Under the pieces are notes generated by a model. The model did no database searches. It was not told where the DNA came from and saw only the letters and a list, made by a program, of their open reading frames with translations. The position numbers and the translations under genes were made by a program. Shown here piece by piece: positions 13,149 to 15,539 of a stretch of 15,539 nt of DNA (the first letter of the stretch is position 1; every line of letters starts with the position of its first letter). The stretch lies in contig BAAFSQ010000234.1 of assembly GCA_054661495.1 (NCBI GenBank), forward strand, positions 1 through 15,539. The letters run 5' to 3'. This DNA comes from Zygophlyctis sp. KS116. Lineage: Eukaryota; Fungi; Chytridiomycota.

Positions 13149-14143
13149 TCATTGTAAAAGAGAATATAGTTTGCCAACCACTTCTGACAGTCCATCTTGC
13201 TTGGGAACACCATTTGATTCAAACCCAATGACATACTTTCGTCAACTAAGATTTCTTCATCTTTACTCCTGATAAATATCCACTGAGTAAAGTTTGTCAC
13301 AATTCCACACACCATATTGCTTCCATCCAGTTCAACAGCAACTTCACATCCAACTAAATTTTGGGCCATTCCCTGTCTGAATTTTTCATCTTTGGCTTCA
13401 ATGATGCAAATTCGTTTGAGGCCTCTGATGAGAATGAATTCAAAGTGTTCATTAGCATGCACATTGACCCCATTCAAGTCTTCTTCTACTTTCAAAACAA
13501 CGTCGGGTAATATAGATACAACACACATGATAACAGGGGCAATCAAGTGCAAACGTTTCGCTTCATTTCCACTGAGTAAAGTCATTCCATAACATTTCAT
13601 CACAAGAGTCAAGTACTTTGACAACAAAGAAAAAGTTTCTTCAGGAATAGGCATGACTGGTTCATAATATGACTTCGTTTCAGCGTCAAATATCTCTTTC
13701 ACGGCATCCCAAGTGGTTTTGTTGTATGGAGTGGAAACGTCGTCATCTTCGGTTGCACCTTTGCGCTTTTTGGAATACCTGCTTTTGTCTAGTACAGCGT
13801 TTAAAGCTTTTTGCCTTTTCACTCGATTAGGATGCATTGCTTTTCTTTCAAGACTGATTTCTGATGAAGAATCACCAATAGCAACAAATGTTTTCACAAT
13901 GAGAGGATTTCCTCCAGAATTTCCTCCCACTAATAAAGAAGGAGAGACTTCAACATCAATTTCAACCTCTTGCCAATCCTTGAGTTGATAGAGAGTGATG
14001 GGGGTCTTTGAAGGGATGCAGAGTTGAGGCTCCTTTCTGATTTCCTTGAGAAAGTCATCCACATATTCACATTCTTGAATAGAGACTTTTGTAGGACCAA
14101 ATGTCTTTGCAGGCGTCACATACGAAACCCAAAGTTTTGACAT
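13149..14143 (-). pseudogene. Crinkler-type effector: N-terminal Ubl-like header + restriction-endonuclease-fold domain; frameshift at about 13233
   Basis: Header LWV..PTKVSI..CEYVDDFLKEI..NPLIVK; NEAKRLHLIAPV, FEF..CIIEAK, QGMAQNLVGCE, GIVTNF.QWIF. A family-like tail VIGFESNGVPKQDGLSEVVGKLYSLLQ* lies in a shifted frame ending at 13149; the uncorrected ORF ends at 13127. Confidence 0.75.
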
Positions 14144-14314
14144 TTTTGTTTTTTAGTGGGAAAAGTCCTCTCGAATTTCACACTTTATTGATAATAAAAC
14201 TTGTATATTAAACTGGACTGGATTTATTTAAGAATTATCAATTTGGATGAATTTATCAGAGAATTTCATTTAAAATAAAATGGTATCATTCGGTGCTCTA
14301 TCTAACATACTTAT

Positions 14315-14724
14315 CTCCCCCAAGAACTGGTCCCCTAATAGACTCTGATCAAGATTTTGCCTGCACCCGTTGTAAAGATCCATATATTGTCGAATCTAGA
14401 AGGACACATCCTCTAATTGCTCTTAAATCTGAACCGTTTCTATTCCCTTCCATGATAATCATTACTCTATGTATGATTGTTCTTACAGCATCATGCATTA
14501 GTCTAATTATTGATAACCTGCACTCTGGATTTGTCTTTTATTTTGATATTCCTATTTGGATGATTGGAATGTTTATGTTGTTATTTTGTCATATGGTAAA
14601 TACTGCCACTTGGATTCTAGTAATTCAATATTGCTCTGGTAGATGGACTAGACATGTATTACAGATTAAAGAAGATAATTAACATTTTATGATTAGCAAA
14701 TAATTATGCCACATCTATTCCAAA
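14315..14724 (+). repeat. Right copy of 410-bp direct duplication (headless RING-CH fragment + functional 3' end of LEU5)
   Basis: 98.5% identical to 6481-6890; lacks the first six RING zinc ligands and any ATG before the junction. Confidence 0.97.
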
Positions 14725-15539
14725 AGACTTTTTCATATACTCATAGACGTAAAATGATATCGCAAACATTGGTGTAACTTTGAGATATCCAATAGATAAT
14801 CCAACCCAATAACCTCTAAATCCCTTTCTCCTCCAAATGCCTCTTGCGGCATCTAAAGTTGAATGATACACTACAGTTCCAGGAATACCAGAAGATCCAC
14901 CAATTTGCATAACTCTCCTTATAACTTCAAAAGGATATGATGCAGTTTGCGCCAATGCACCTGATAATGCACCAGATCCTAAATATGCCCATGCTTTTAA
15001 TCTCTTTTTTCCATTTGAATCTATTGTAGTAGTATACTGAGATGAATATGCATAATTTTTAAGATTTTCATAAGTTAAAAAAGATACTCCTGCATATGGT
15101 ATCATTCCATAGATTGTAGGAGCAAATCCTTTGTAAAAATTAATTAAACGTCTCTGAGAGACTGGTCCCTCATTATAGATCACTTTACAAGTTTCTAAAA
15201 GACTTAGAGATGTTTGAGCATTTGCAGCCAATGCCAACCTTACTCTTAATAAATCCAGTGGGTATGAGAAAAGTACAGCGGTACATCCTATAATTAAATA
15301 TTTTTCTATTAATTCATACCTGCTAATGATCCTGCCAAAAACTTTTTTAAATGTGTTTCTGACTCTTTATTTGGTATCATGATTGACTTTAATTGTTCAT
15401 ACGCCATAAACTTAATTGCTGCATAAGGGAAAATACGGAGTAAAGTTGCTGAATGTCCCTGATAAAGTCCCAAAATCCCAGATTCTTGAAAGATTGCATT
15501 CGCTGCTCTAAATACTCCAAAAAATGTTCCTTTTTCTTA
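14704..15539 (-). CDS. LEU5: Mitochondrial coenzyme A carrier (SLC25A16/A42-like), 5'-partial; exons about 15529..15320 and 15287..14704
   Basis: GLYQGHSATLLRIFPYAAIKFMAYEQ signature, carrier motifs YPLDLLRVRLA and YPFEVIRRVMQ; runs off the window end. Confidence 0.9.
15288..15319 (-). other. 32-nt intron in LEU5
   Basis: gtatgaattaatagaaaaatatttaattatag; joins AGSLA-G-CTAV. Confidence 0.92.

Larger units (their letters stand above)
6891..14314. mobile_element. 7424-bp accessory island bracketed by a 410-bp direct duplication of host DNA
   Basis: It interrupts the convergent RING-CH/LEU5 pair. The cargo is apparently intronless, conflict-type and mostly disrupted, unlike the flanks. No integrase, transposase or TIR was recognised. 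Confidence 0.7.

Noticed and set aside
12737-14165. 11-bp direct repeat AGTGGGAAAAG flanking the GIY-YIG + CRN pair as a target-site duplication
   Set aside because: Short, no terminal inverted repeats, and one copy lies only 11 bp from the CRN ATG; chance or a promoter word cannot be excluded.
6891-14314. Classification as LTR element, TIR transposon, Helitron or Starship
   Set aside because: The repeats are host coding sequence, not TG..CA LTRs; no TIRs, RT, Rep-helicase or tyrosine recombinase were seen.
14293-14682. 129-aa ORF as an independent second RING-CH gene
   Set aside because: GTG start in unrelated junction DNA; it lacks most of the RING and is the duplicated fragment.

Overview
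AT-rich, very compact eukaryotic genomic DNA. It is fungal-like, and the LEU5, CK2-beta and CEF1 sequences plus the Crinkler-type genes suggest a chytrid-grade fungus (inference). The backbone is housekeeping genes separated mostly by 20-40 bp and interrupted by ultra-short 24-32 nt GT-AG introns: TBCE, an acidic orphan, a DsbA-like protein, CK2 beta, CDC5/CEF1, a RING-CH membrane E3 ligase and the LEU5 mitochondrial carrier. Between the convergent RING-CH and LEU5 genes sits a 7424-bp island (6891-14314) bracketed by a 410-bp direct duplication (6481-6890 / 14315-14724) of both genes' 3' ends, which leaves both host genes intact. The two copies differ at 6 sites, 5 of them synonymous. The recognisable cargo is apparently intronless and conflict-related: a frameshifted Crinkler-type NTPase+restriction-endonuclease gene, a helicase-less Dicer-like pseudogene, an intact small GIY-YIG nuclease and a frameshifted Crinkler Ubl+REase gene. 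It also carries a decapitated GC-rich ORF at the left junction and an orphan ORF.
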